Assembly (NCBI RefSeq): GCF_004010195.1
Contig: NC_057750.1
Coordinates: 19,922,112 to 19,942,111, forward strand
Direction: 5' to 3'
From: Chiloscyllium plagiosum
Taxonomy: Eukaryota
DNA length: 20,000 bases
Shown: positions 1 to 11,711 of the stretch, piece by piece
Layout: each line of letters starts with the position of its first letter
How positions within the stretch are numbered: the stretch's first letter is position 1
Position numbers and translations under genes: made by a program
Notes under the pieces: model-generated
Database searches by the model: none
The model's input: only the letters and a program-made list of their open reading frames with translations
Told to the model about the DNA's origin: nothing

Positions 1-1013
1 TAAGCCTAAGGCCTGTCAAAGACCACAGTGGGAATTTGTGCGTGGATTCTGATGAGGTAAGAGAGGCTCTAAGTTAATAATTTTCGCAAGTATTCACACA
101 GGAAAAGGACAATGTTTTTGAGGAGAATATTGAGATACAGGCTCTTAGACTAGATGGTATTGAGGTTCATAACTAGGAAGTATTAGGAATGCTGGAAATT
201 GTGAAAATACATAAGTCCCCTGGGCTAGATGGGATTTATTTTAGGATTCTCTGGGAAGCTATGGAGGAGAATGCAGGGCGTTTGGCTTTGATCTTTATGT
301 CGCCATTCTTTACAGGAATAGTGCTAGAAGACTGGAGGATAGCAAATGTTGTCCCTTTGTTCCATAAAGGGAATAGAGACAACCCTGGTAATTATAGACT
401 AGTGAGCCTTATTTTGGCTGTTGGTAAGGATTGTAGGAGATAGGGTTTTTAATCATCTAGAAAGTAATGATTTGATTAGGGATAACCAACACGGTTATGC
501 GAAGTGTAGATCATGCCTCACAAATCTTATTGAGTTCTTTGAGATTGTGACAAGGTGCACGGATGAGGGTAGATTGATCAATGTGGTGTGTACGGATTTC
601 AGTAATGTGTTTGACAAGGTTCCCCATGGTAGGCTATTGCTGAAAATACAGAGGCAAGGGTTTGGGAGTGATTAAGCGGTTTGGATCATAAATTGGCTAA
701 CTGTAAGAAGACAGAGAATGGCGGTTGATGGGAAATGTTCACCCTGGGGTTCAGTTGTTAGTGGGGTACTGAAAGAATCTGTTTTGAGGTCACTGCTGTT
801 TGCCATTTTTATAAATGATCTGGATGAGGGCGTAGAAGGATGGGTTAGTAAATTTGCAGATGACACTAAGGTCAGTGGAGTTGTGGACAGTGTGGAAAAA
901 TGTTGCAGGTTACAGAGGGACATAGATAAACTGCAGAGATGGGTTGAGAGAAGGCATTTGGGGAGTTTAATGTGAAAAAATGTGAGGTGAGTCACTTTGG
1001 AAGGAGTAACAGA
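1..1013 (+). mobile_element. CR1 LINE ORF2 (reverse transcriptase) fragment, degenerate, 3'-truncated
   Basis: Frameshifted RT motifs in ORFs 189-443 (KSPGLDGIY..PGNYRLVSL), 421-675 (QHGY..SCLTNL..DFSNVFDKVPH), 718-975 (SGVLKESVL..FINDL..KFADD); ends at KCEV.HFG. Confidence 0.95.
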
Positions 1014-1982
1014 TATCCAAAATGTAGCATCTCACATTTATCTAAATTAAACTTCATCTGCCACTCCTCAGCCCTTTGGCCCATCTGACCAAGATCTTGT
1101 TGTAATCTGAGGTAACCTTCTTCACCGTCCAACACTTCTCTAATTTTGGTGCAACCTGCAAACTTATTTACTATTTCCCCATGTTCACATCCAAATCATT
1201 CATATAAATGACAAAAAGCAGTGGACCCAGCATCGATCCTTTTGGTACACCACTGGTCACAGACCTCCAGTCTGAGAAGCAGCCCTCCACCACCATTCTC
1301 TGTCTTCCATCTTCGAGCCAGTTCTGTATCCACATGGCCAGTTTTCCCTGTATTCCATGAGATCTAACCTTGCTAACCAATCTCCTATGAGGAACCTTGT
1401 TGAAAGCCTTACTGAAGTCTATTTGGTTATGTCTACTGCTCTGCCCTCGTCAATCCTCTTTGTTACTTCTTCAAAAAACTCAATCAAGTTCGTGAGACAT
1501 GACCTCCCATGCACAAAGACATGTTGACTATCCCTAATCAGTCCTTGCCTTTCCAAATACATGTAAATCCTGCCCCTGAGGATTCCATCCAACAACTTGC
1601 CCACCACCGATGTCAGACTCACCAGTCTATAGTTCCCTGGCTTTTCCTTTCCACCTTTCTTAAATCGTGGCACCGTTTTAGCCAACTTCCAGTCTTCCGG
1701 CACCTCACCTGTGACTATCAATGATACAAATATCTCAGCAAGGGACTCAGCAATCACTTCGTTAGCTTCCCACAGAATTCTAGGGTACACCTGATCAAGT
1801 TTGGGGTATTTATCTACTATTATATGTTTCAAGACATCTAGCAACTCCTCTCTGTGATATGGACATGTTTCAAGATGCCACCATCTATTTCCCAACATTC
1901 TATATCTTCCATGTCCTTTTCCACAGCAAACACTGATGGAAAATAATTATTTCAATCTCCGCCACCTCCTGTGGCTCCACAC
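1014..1982 (-). mobile_element. CR1 LINE ORF2 RT fragment, different subfamily, degenerate
   Basis: Minus ORFs 1419-1898 (KPGNYRLVSLTSVVGKLL..SCLTNLIEFFEEVTK) and 1171-1380 ([21 protein letters not shown]). Confidence 0.95.
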
Positions 1983-2204
1983 TGAAGCATGCCACTCTCC
2001 TGCATACATACATTTTGTGACTGCTACAGTTAAGTTAAAACTAGAAAGAACCTGAACTGAGAGAACTGGCTGTTCCCCTTCTATTGTTAAACTAAATCTC
2101 TTCAGAACGTCTGCCTTTATGATCTCTCTCTTCAAAAAAACTAAACATGGACAGAATTAACTTCGTGAAGTGACACCATCATAACAGTAACTGAGTTGGG
2201 AATC

Positions 2205-2374
2205 CTCAAAACCTTAAAGAAGCACTTGGACTAGCACTGAAATCTTATAAAAATTCAAGAATATGCCCTAAATGTTGGGAAGTGAGACTTGTTGTAGCGT
2301 TTTGCATAATTTTACAAACTCAGTGGATCTATGGGCCACCTCTGTCCTCTATGATGCAATCATTCTATGATTCT
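2205..2374 (+). mobile_element. Old CR1 3' end remnant with ATTCTATG-type tail
   Basis: aaagaagcacttggac (K.HLD), a CR1-like 3'UTR, and terminal cattctatgattct. Confidence 0.55.
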
Positions 2375-3365
2375 GAAATTAAGGTTCTGAATTCTTTTTT
2401 GTCTTTGTTTTGAGAAAATATGACCCAGTGTTCATTCCAGTTGTTGATGTGGTCAGTATCAAATTCAGGCTCTTGATAAGCCCATTCGATCAATGTTTCC
2501 CCTAATCTTCAGGATTGGACTGAACCCATGAAAAGAGATCCTGATACCAAGCAATGATACAATGTGGTTTCCTGGAACAAGCTGTGGTCCACATCTTGTG
2601 ATTTCCATGGACAATGCAGCTTAAAACATGGTGGTTCCTAGCCCCGTTAAGGTCTCCACATCTGGGAGGGGGGTCGCTATTCACAAGGCGAGATCTAACA
2701 GAAGAGCTTCGGTGCATGAACCTGAACATCAGGCAGAAAACTTTGCTTAATCTCAGACATAGAGTGTTATTTCTGAAGTGGAAGTTTTGATAACCAATGC
2801 TGCACGGATTGAGATTTTATTTGAATTAGGGCTATGATGTACTTTCTTGGACATGTGTGGGGAGGTGGGGGAGGGGTGGCTGTGGGGCAGAGAAGGCCAT
2901 ATCAAATATTGAAGTTCTTCTAATTGTGGTGGGTATCCAATCTGGGGTATGGCGGTTGGCTTCACTACTGAATACTTGTAATTCAGATTGTCAGGATATT
3001 CTGAGGGATGAAAAGTCTCTTCAGATTTGTTTCTTCATATTGTGGAGGCCATCCATTTCTGGACAGTGTGGAGCGTTTCAATGCCCATCCTTTTAGTTTC
3101 TACAGTGCAGATGTACAATTCTGGAGGGAATCTGAGCTGTGGAGACTCCAAATCTGAATGCAGAAATTTAGCAGTTAATATCTGCATGAGGTGTCACTCA
3201 TTCTTTATTTTACTAATCAGGGGGTCTTTGTGTGGATGGTGGTGTAAAGGGAATCTCCAGCCATTCTGAGTCACCTCATAGCAGATGAAATCAGCCACTG
3301 CTGATCCCAATAAAATCTCCAGTACATGACCATGTGTCTGGGATTGATCCGCTGCTCATGGTAAA

Positions 3366-3790
3366 GAATCATTGAATTGTAGGAGGCCATTTTACCCATC
3401 TGGCCCCCGAATGAGCTCCCCTGCTTGTCCTACTATTCATCCGAATCGCTGCAGGACTCAACTTTCATCACTTTCAAAAATATATCAGCTCCTTTTTGAA
3501 AGCTCCGATACAATCCACTTCCATCACTCTCCCAGGCAGGACATTCCAAATCCTAACAACTCTCTCAGTAAAGAACTTTCTCCTAATCTTAATCCCATCT
3601 CTCTTGCTGGCAATCCCTATTTATTGACACACCAATGATTAAAATATCATTCTTTACCCTGTCAAAATTGTTCATAATTTTGACTTCCTCAGTAAGGACA
3701 CCTCTTAATTTTCTCTGCAAGAAGAAATAAACCCAAAGTCTCCAATATTTCCTTATATATGGAATCCTTTCTAATTTTTTTTGTGGTAAA
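3366..3790 (-). mobile_element. Old CR1 3' end fragment
   Basis: Minus translation RKFFTERVVRIWNVLPGRVMEVDCIGAFKKEL is the typical CR1 ORF2 C-terminus; tail-side motif aggaggccatt..cccatc near 3380. Confidence 0.75.
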
Positions 3791-3987
3791 TGTTCTTCCC
3801 TATCTCTTTTGAAAGTGCAGTTGATTCATTTTGAGAGGCTTTGATGTTGTGGCTATATTTCTTTATCTTGATGTTGCATGGAACAGCAATTATCTTTGTA
3901 TAAACCAATCCTTACAGTCTGTACTCACTCAGAGAATATTTGATCAATAACTTCAAGTCTCTCTTGTTTCACTTCTATCCCTAACAG

Positions 3988-4957
3988 TTAGTCTAGTGGT
4001 TATTATATTCTTGTCTCAGAACAAGTGTGGTCTTTCGAAATGCAGCACTCGCTATCTGGTAGCCATGGCAGTGTCCGATCTACAGTTCATCATTTTTGAA
4101 GTCATAATTAGTAACTTTCGCTACTATTATTATCCACCATGTTTCTTGGACATTGTTTCTTGGACCAGGGGTAAGTAACGGGGCTCAGGTCTCTGGCACG
4201 GAGCCTGTCCCCGTTACTCAGAAGGGAAGGGTGAAGAATCGTGTTACCTTTGTCCTGAACTTCATAGCAACTGTTTGTTCTGTCTGGTTCACTGTCGCTT
4301 TTTCTTTTGATCGATTTGTCGCTATTTGTTTTCATCAGATTAAAACTACATATTGCACATAAAAAGCTGCAACGAGAGTTCTAGCAACAATGTGCATTTT
4401 CTTTTCTTTAAAGAACATTCCCAACTACTTTCGATATAAACCTCTAACAATCATCAACAATGTTCCATGGTACTGATATTCCAGCTACAGTTATTATAAT
4501 GACCTTCGTTGTGCAAGTTTTAAATATTTTGAATATTTTTAACACCATTGTTCCCATTCACTTTTATTCTTTTTATTAACATTCTGACTGTCAGACATAT
4601 CCTTGAGGCCATTAAGAGGATAAGGAACTGAGGGGTCAAAGGAAAGCAGATAACGAACCAGAGGTAGACAACAGATGCAATTCTGTGTTTTTGCTCTTTG
4701 CTATATCCACCAGTTTTATCCTTCTCTGGTCTGTGTATGTTACATATGCATTTAATGCTGGTTTTTCCTTGAATTGGGACGCTTATTATCTCTTTGAACA
4801 ATTTGCATTTATGTTGCGGAGCCTAAGTTGTTGCACAAATGTATGTATTTATGTGATGACGCAGAAAGCATTCAGAGACCAGTTAAAGTATGCCATGAAA
4901 TATCCAGTGATAAAAATAATTCAATTGCTGAATGAAATAACTGAGAGCCAACATTAG
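3988..4957 (+). pseudogene. GPR139-like: GPR139-like class A orphan GPCR pseudogene (main coding exon, TM1 end to C-terminus)
   Basis: Polypyrimidine tract and CAG acceptor at 3985-3987. Motifs: ILSxxKCGLSKCSTRYLVAMAVSDL-like TM2, CSVWFTVAFSFDRFVAIC, KYCT-like, KNIP, PWY(C), TPLFPF, LTVRHIL, LLFAISTSFILLW, SCCTNVCIY. Disablers: insertion ~4155-4239 with stop and frameshift, TAA 4360-4362, TGA 4474-4476, frameshifts near 4540 and 4615. The short upstream exon was not found in the window. Confidence 0.9.
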
Positions 4958-5734
4958 ACGCAGCAGATAATGGAACAAGGAGTCCACGTGAGAAAGGGAC
5001 CAAAAAGAGGAGTAGGATTGGCAACATGATAACACTCCTTTTCGAATGGGCAAGGAATGATCATAAGGAGCAATAAGAAAATGACTGCAAGTGCAATGTA
5101 AAGTGCTGGAACAAAAAAACATAACCAAGAGAGAAATTAGATATGCCTGAAAAAAGAAATTCATTCCAAATAATCACTTCTCAGACAGTGATTCGATACC
5201 AAAAGAAAAGATCTGATGGAAAGTATCAGCATTCACTGCATGCCAATGTGAGAATAGCAATGATAGGCTCATGTCCACTTCTGCTCATGGAATTCTCTGC
5301 TGCACACTTCTGGACAGAATTTAAAAATGCAAGAAGTTTCCTATTATAAAGATTAAATAATATACTGTGAAAGAAATCTGTGTCTTTTGATTATAAGTGT
5401 ATTTTCAGCAATACTGTGTGTTTTCATTCAGTTCCCCCGGCCTGATGCTGATATCACTTCCTTTTGTCATTCATTTCTTTCCAGGAAGCAGCTGCTGCGT
5501 TGATGGGGAGAATACAAGCTCAAATCAGAGAGCGCAGTGACAGATGAGATCCCATGCTCGGGAATGGGGTCGGATATGGCAGATGAGCCAACATCTTCAG
5601 TACTTTAATGGAAATGTTTTGTGGCTCTCAGTGATTCCATTAGGCTCAATGAGAACTTCCTCTGGATGAACTCTGCTTGCTTGTGGCTTCATAATGGAGC
5701 CTGAAAGCAATTCAAACTCATGCCCAAGAGTCAT

Positions 5735-6435
5735 TGCTTTCATCTGTGAAATGGCTCCTACATCCATCCCTGCCTCAGCTCATAATTGGCAACTCAGTCA
5801 TTCATTCCATTGTGATCTTGGGACCCTCATATCCAGCGCCAATATTGGTCTGCGAACAGATTATAAACTCCACAAATTTGCTCTACCCAGATTTCTTTCT
5901 TTATCCTGGTTTGCTTTCCCAACAAATCCTAACTCCTCATCAATGCAGTTAACGTAATAACCAACACAGTCATATTGTCCTCCAAATTCTTGATTTTGAA
6001 TTCTCATCCATCTCTTCAAAATGTTCAATGGTCATCCATTGAAATCTTTGCTTGCTTGGATTGGTGTGACTCTTGAGTTCTAAACTCGATCTGAAATCAT
6101 TCCATCTTCTGCTGTGATATAAATGTTGCCAGGTGTTGAAATGGTAGACAAAATTATCGATTTCATTGAATTAAGTCAATTGAAATGATAGGTAAGAATG
6201 CCAGAAACAAAGTACGTTTGACAGTTGGGAACAGTCCTGTGTTACTGAGCTGTCTCTCCTTCTGGACTCCATCTCTAAATCCTTCCGATTAAGTAACTCC
6301 TTCTCCTACTTAAAATGCTCCTCAAAATCTCCCTAATGCATAAGTTACTGTCATCTGACCTGACATCACCTGCGATGGATCAACAATAACTATTTAATTT
6401 GGCATGATAAAGGTCTTTTCAAGTATGTTTATGTA
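5735..6435 (+). mobile_element. Ancient L2 LINE 3' remnant (pieces ~5735-6035 and ~6275-6435)
   Basis: cttgattttgaattctcatccatctcttcaaaatgttcaatgg resembles L2 LDFKILILVFKSLHG; aaatgctcctcaaaatctccct and taaaggtc resemble the L2 terminus. Confidence 0.55.
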
Positions 6436-6439
6436 GCGA

Positions 6440-6802
6440 TATAGTTGTACAGAATGTAAATAGCCTCTTCAGTATGACTCATCTATGCCAATCAGATATC
6501 TTACATTAATCAAGTCCCATATGCCATCATTTGGCACTTATCCCTGTCATACTATCCTGTTTATGTACCTTTTCAGACACTTTTTAAAATATTGTGATTG
6601 CACCAACTCCACCACTTGCTCTGACATTTCATTCCAAACTTGCACCACCCTTTGTGTGAAAAGGTTGTCCCTTATGTCCTCTAGTTTTAGATGAAGACCT
6701 TCACTATTCACCCCATCCGTGTGCCTCATGATCTTATAAACCTCATACAGTCACACCCAGCTTCTGATACTGGGAAAATGAGCCCAGCCTATTCAGTCTT
6801 TT
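6440..6802 (-). mobile_element. CR1 3' end fragment running into gap
   Basis: Minus ORF DIRDNLFTQRVVQVWNEM..YFKKCLKRY; RLNRLG next to the gap. Confidence 0.85.
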
Positions 6803-7302
6803 NNNNNNNNNNNNNNNNNNNNNNNNNNNNNNNNNNNNNNNNNNNNNNNNNNNNNNNNNNNNNNNNNNNNNNNNNNNNNNNNNNNNNNNNNNNNNNNNNN
6901 NNNNNNNNNNNNNNNNNNNNNNNNNNNNNNNNNNNNNNNNNNNNNNNNNNNNNNNNNNNNNNNNNNNNNNNNNNNNNNNNNNNNNNNNNNNNNNNNNNNN
7001 NNNNNNNNNNNNNNNNNNNNNNNNNNNNNNNNNNNNNNNNNNNNNNNNNNNNNNNNNNNNNNNNNNNNNNNNNNNNNNNNNNNNNNNNNNNNNNNNNNNN
7101 NNNNNNNNNNNNNNNNNNNNNNNNNNNNNNNNNNNNNNNNNNNNNNNNNNNNNNNNNNNNNNNNNNNNNNNNNNNNNNNNNNNNNNNNNNNNNNNNNNNN
7201 NNNNNNNNNNNNNNNNNNNNNNNNNNNNNNNNNNNNNNNNNNNNNNNNNNNNNNNNNNNNNNNNNNNNNNNNNNNNNNNNNNNNNNNNNNNNNNNNNNNN
7301 NN
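6803..7302. other. Assembly gap (500 N)
   Basis: Run of N. Confidence 1.
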
Positions 7303-7402
7303 CTGCCGTGCATTTCCAGCAACACTCTGATCTTGACATAACATTACTATCAGTTTTGCAATTTTGCTTGTGCAGTGGTCAGTCAAGACTATATTCACAT
7401 GA

Positions 7403-7630
7403 GTCAGAAGTCACAAGATACCAGGTTAGTGCTCCACGTTTTCGGAGCGCTATTCCTTCATCAGGTGCATTACCTCTCGGTCTATAAATTCTGTGCCTGT
7501 AAGCTTCTCCCTACTTCACCTGACAAATGGGCAGCGCTACGAAAGTTTGAGATTTCAAATAAACCTGTTGAACTATAACCTGGTGTCATGTGACTTCTGA
7601 CCTTGTCCACCACCGGTATCTCCACATCAT
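7403..7630. mobile_element. Palindromic mini Penelope-derived element with degenerate HHR motifs on both strands
   Basis: Outer inverted repeats gtcagaagtcacaagataccaggtta / taacctggtgtcatgtgacttctgac. Minus strand 7467-7436 reads cacCTGATGAaggaatagcgctccGAAA; plus strand 7517-7545 is a decayed copy. Confidence 0.75.
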
Positions 7631-8194
7631 ATTCACAAGAGGCTTCCAATGTACTTTTAACAAAAGAATTGAAGACAATCGCACAAAAGAATAAGGAAAA
7701 AAGCTATATATGGAGGACAATTTGTAAAGATCTTATAAACAGCAATAATAAAAATTCAACCCTTTTCCCCAACAATATCCTTTACGGACACTCAACCCCA
7801 CTCTGATCTTTCTTCCTTAGTTTCTTACCCATCTGACAAGATCACAAGCTTTTCTTTTTGGTGACTATCTGGACAGTCACCAGGTACGTCTCCCTGAGAT
7901 ACACAGAGATAGGTTAACTCACTGCGACTATTCTGACTGAACCCTGAGAAGAAATCTCAAGATGTTGACTACTTTGAGGCTGCTAAATCGTTCATCCACT
8001 GGTATGGATATTTTCACCTGAACCGAACCTGCTTCTGGCCTGTCTCTAGGTCTTGGGGTGCATCTAAGTAAAAGCTTCAGCGTTATCTCACCAGGTGTCT
8101 TCTCTAGACATTTTGCCTGCCATATAATTTCTTGGAAATGTTGTTTTGACCTATTGTTTTAAAAATGAATTTCTAAGATTTAGAAAAGTCACCT

Positions 8195-8930
8195 CGGAAA
8201 CAGGAAGTGGAGGCAGGAGGAGGCCAATCCATCCTTTGATCCTGCTCCACAATTCATTATGATCATAGCTGATCATTAACTCAGTGTTCTGTTCCCGCTA
8301 GATCCCTTTAGCCCGAAGAATTGCATCTAACTCCTTCTCGAAAACACTCAACTTTGGCCTCAGGTACTTAAATGTGGCAAAGAATTCCACAAGCTCAACA
8401 CTATCCAGTTGAACATAATTCACTTCATCTCAGTCATAAATGGCCCTATCCTTAGATTCTGATCCCCTGGTCTGGACTCCTTGGTCATCAGGAACATCCT
8501 TCCAACGTTTATCCTGTCTAGTCCTGTTGGAATTTTCTAGGTTTCTGTGAGATCACCCTTACCCACCATAGCCTGGACATTCTTCCTCAGATAAGGAGAC
8601 CAAGAGGGCACATAATACTCCAGGTATGGTCTCACCAAGGCCATGTACGTATGCAGCAAGACATCCCTACTCCTGTAATTGAATCCTCTCGCTATGAAGG
8701 CCGAATTACCGTTTACCTTCTTCACTGCTTGCTGTACCTGCAATGCTTACCTTCAGTGACTGGTGTACAAGGCAACGCCCAGATCACATTGAACCTTCCC
8801 CTTTCCAAATCGGTTGTCATTCCTGATGATAATGTGCCTTCCTGATTTTGCTACCAAAGTCTATAATCTCACATTTTTCCAGATTATACTTCAATAGCGA
8901 TGCATTTTACGACTCATTTAGCTTGTCTAA
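8195..8930 (-). mobile_element. CR1 (HER1-like) 3' portion; continues at ~11311-11380 beyond a nested insertion
   Basis: Minus ORF QVQQAVKKVN..LVRPYLEYYVPSWSPYLRK; 3' motif ggaggccaatc..cctgctccacaattcattatgatcatagctgatc. Confidence 0.85.
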
Positions 8931-11305
8931 AACATAGAACATAGAACGTTACATCGCAGTACAGGCCCTTCGGCCCTCAATGTTGTGCTGACCTGTGAAA
9001 TTAATCTGATGTCCATGTCACCTACACCATTCCTTGATTACCCATATGTCTGCCCAATGCCCATTTAAATGCCCTTAATGTTGGTGAGTCTACTGCTGTT
9101 GCAGGCAGTGCGTTCCGCGCCCCCTACTACTCTCTGAGTAAAGAAACTATCCCTGATATCTGTCCTATATCTATCATCCCTCAATTTAAAGCCATGTTCC
9201 CTCGTGCTAGCCATCACCATCCGAGGAAAAAGGCTCTCACTGTCCATCCTATCTAACCCTCTGATTATCATATACGTCTTGATTAAGTCACCTCCCAACC
9301 TTCTCTCTAATGAAAACAGTCTCAGTTCCCTCAGCTTTTCCTCATAAGACCTTCCTTCCATACCAGGCCACATCCCAGTAAATCTCCTCTGAACCCTTTC
9401 CAAAGCTTCCACATCCTTCCTATAATGTGGTGACCAGAACTGTACGCATTTGATGGGGGACAGTGTAGAGTGAGCTTTACTCTGTATCTAACCCCGTGCT
9501 TCCCTGTCCCTGGGAGTGTTTGATGGGGGACAGTGTAGAGGGAGCTTTACTCTGTATCTAACCCCGTGCTGTCCCTGTACAGGCCCTTCGGCCCTCAATG
9601 TTGTGCTGACCTGTGAAATTAATCTGATGCCCATGTCACCTACCCCATTCCTTGATTACCCATATGTCTGCCCAATGCCCATTTAAATGCCCTTCATGTT
9701 GGTGAGTCTACTGCTGTTGCAGGCAGTGTGTTTCCACGCCCCCTACTACTCTGAGTAAAGAAACTATCCCTGATATCTGTCCTATATCTATCATCCCTCA
9801 ATTTAAAGCCATGTTCCCTCGTGCTAGCCATCACCATCCAAGGAAAAACGCTCTCACTATCCATCCTATCTAACCCTCTGATTATCATATACGTCTTGAT
9901 TAAGTCACCTCCCAACCTTCTCTCTAATGAAAACAGTCTCAGTTCCCTCAGCTTTTCCTCATAAGACCTTCCTTCCATACCAGGCCACATCCCAGTAAAT
10001 CTCCTCTGAACCCTTTCCAAAGCTTCCACATCCTTCCTATAATGTGGTGACCAGAACTGTACGCAATACTCCAGGTGTGGCCTTACGAGTATCTTGTACA
10101 GCTGAAGCATGGCCTTCTGGCTCCTAAACTCAATCCCCCTACCAATAATGCCAACAGATCATATGCCTTCTTAACAACCCTTTCAACCTGGGTGGCAACT
10201 TTCAGGGATTTATGCATCTGGACACCAAGATCGCTCTGTTCTACACTGCCAAGAATTTTACCATTAGCCCAGTACTCTGCATTTCTGTTACTCCTTCCAA
10301 AGTGAGTCACCTCACACTTTCCCGCATTAAACTCCATTTGCCACCTCTCAGCCCAGCTCTGCAGCTTATCGATGCCCCTCTGTAACCCACAACATCTTTT
10401 GGCACTATCCACAACTCTACCTACCTTAGTGTCATCCGCAAATTTACTCACCCACCCTTCTACGCCAACATCCAGATCATTTATAAAAATGACAAACAGC
10501 AGTGGCCCCCAAACAGATCCTTGTGGCACACCACTGGGAACTGAGCTCCAGGATGAACCTTTCCCATCAGTCACCACCCTCTGTCTTCTTTCAGCTAGCC
10601 AATTTCTGATCCAAACCGCTAAATCACCTTCAATCCTGAATCTCTGTACTTTGTGCAGTAGCCTCCCGTGTGGAACCTTATCAAACGCCTAACTGAAGCC
10701 CATATACACCACATCAACTACTTTACCCTCATCCACCTGTTTGGTCACCTTCTCAAAGAACTCAATAAGGTTTGTGAGGCACGACCTACCCTGCACAAAA
10801 CCCTGTTGATAAAATAAACCTAATCAAATTATTCCTTTCCAGATGATTAGAAATCCTAAATCTTATAACCTTTTCCAACACTTTACCCAGAACCGAAGCA
10901 AGGCTCACTGGCCTATTAGTACCAGGGATGTCCTGAATCCCCTTCTTAAACAAGGGGACATTTGCTCTCCTCCAGTCTTCTGGCACTATTCCTGTTGACA
11001 ATGATGACATAAAGATCAAAGCCAAAGGCTCCGCAATCTCCTTCCTGGCTTCCCAGAGAATCCGAGGAAAATCCCATCCAGTCCAGGGGACTTATCTATT
11101 TTCAGATCTTCCAAAATTGCTAAAACCTCCTCTTTAGCTAGCCAATCCCATCTAATCTGGTAGCCTGTAGCTCCGTATTCTCACTAACATTGCCCTTTTC
11201 CAATGTGAATACTGATGAAAATTGTTCATTTAGTGTTTCCTGTGTCCTCAGATTCTACACAAAACTTCCCACTACTATCTTTGATTGGCCCTAACCTTAC
11301 TTTCG
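8931..11305 (-). mobile_element. Younger 5'-truncated CR1 with (ATGTTCT)n tail and an internal 490-bp duplication
   Basis: Tail aacatagaacatagaac at 8931. ORFs 10083-10577 (SGVPQGSVWGPLLFVIFINDL..KFADD), 9694-10110, 9065-9412, 10786-11025. Related to the element at 1-1013. Confidence 0.95.
9449..9578. repeat. 70-bp tandem satellite, ~1.9 units
   Basis: Unit tttgatgggggacagtgtagag(t/g)gagctttactctgtatctaaccccgtgct..ccctgt starts at 9449 and 9519. Confidence 0.9.
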
Positions 11306-11310
11306 ATCTT

Positions 11311-11382
11311 ACATCTCTGAATCCTCCTTCCAGCTCACCCTCCCTCCCTGCTTTGTGTCGCTAGCAAACCTGAAGATATTAA
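11311..11382 (-). mobile_element. Resumption of the CR1 interrupted at 8930
   Basis: catctctgaatcctccttccagctcaccc..ctttgtgtcgctagcaaac is the degenerate FADDTK region contiguous with the 8930 breakpoint. Confidence 0.65.
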
Positions 11383-11399
11383 AGTGGGGGGGGGGGAGT

Positions 11400-11711
11400 G
11401 TCATTGATAAAATAGCTGAAGATGGATGGGCCTAGACATTACTCGGAGGAACTCCTGCAGAGATTTCCTGGAACTGAGATGACTGACCTCCAGGCTGCAC
11501 AACCAGTGATGACTCCAATCAAGGGAGTGCTTCTCATGATTCTACTGACTGTAAGGACACTCACTCTCACCTTCCCTCTGGAACTCAGTTCTTCTGTCCA
11601 TGTTTGAACCAAGGCTGTAATGAGGTCAAGAACTGAGTAGCCCTGGCAGAAACTAAACTGTGTGTCAGTAAACAGGGTACAGTTAAACAAGTTTTGCCTG
11701 AAAGAGCATTT
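11400..11711 (-). mobile_element. Non-LTR LINE RT fragment of a second family (CR1/L2/Jockey group, clade not assigned); 3' part of the element at 13245-14030
   Basis: Minus ORF TDTQFSFCQGYSVLDLITALVQTWTEELSSRGKVRV; degenerate GVPQGSVLGP at ~11430-11460. Confidence 0.8.

Noticed and set aside
2400..3360. Possible GPCR exon 1 or coding remnant in short ORFs
   Set aside because: No TM1-like peptide with a splice donor and no recognisable motif; left unannotated.
4171..4221. GG|GTAAGT donor inside the GPCR insertion, suggesting a rescuing intron
   Set aside because: No polypyrimidine tract or suitable acceptor, the intron would be very short, and downstream stops and frameshifts remain.
6691..7398. 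ORFs of 178-216 aa
   Set aside because: Artefacts of the 500-N gap.
7640..8190. Unassigned unique-looking sequence
   Set aside because: No ORF, repeat or structure that I can support.
9449..9578. CRISPR-like repeat
   Set aside because: Contiguous tandem units without unique spacers, in eukaryotic DNA.
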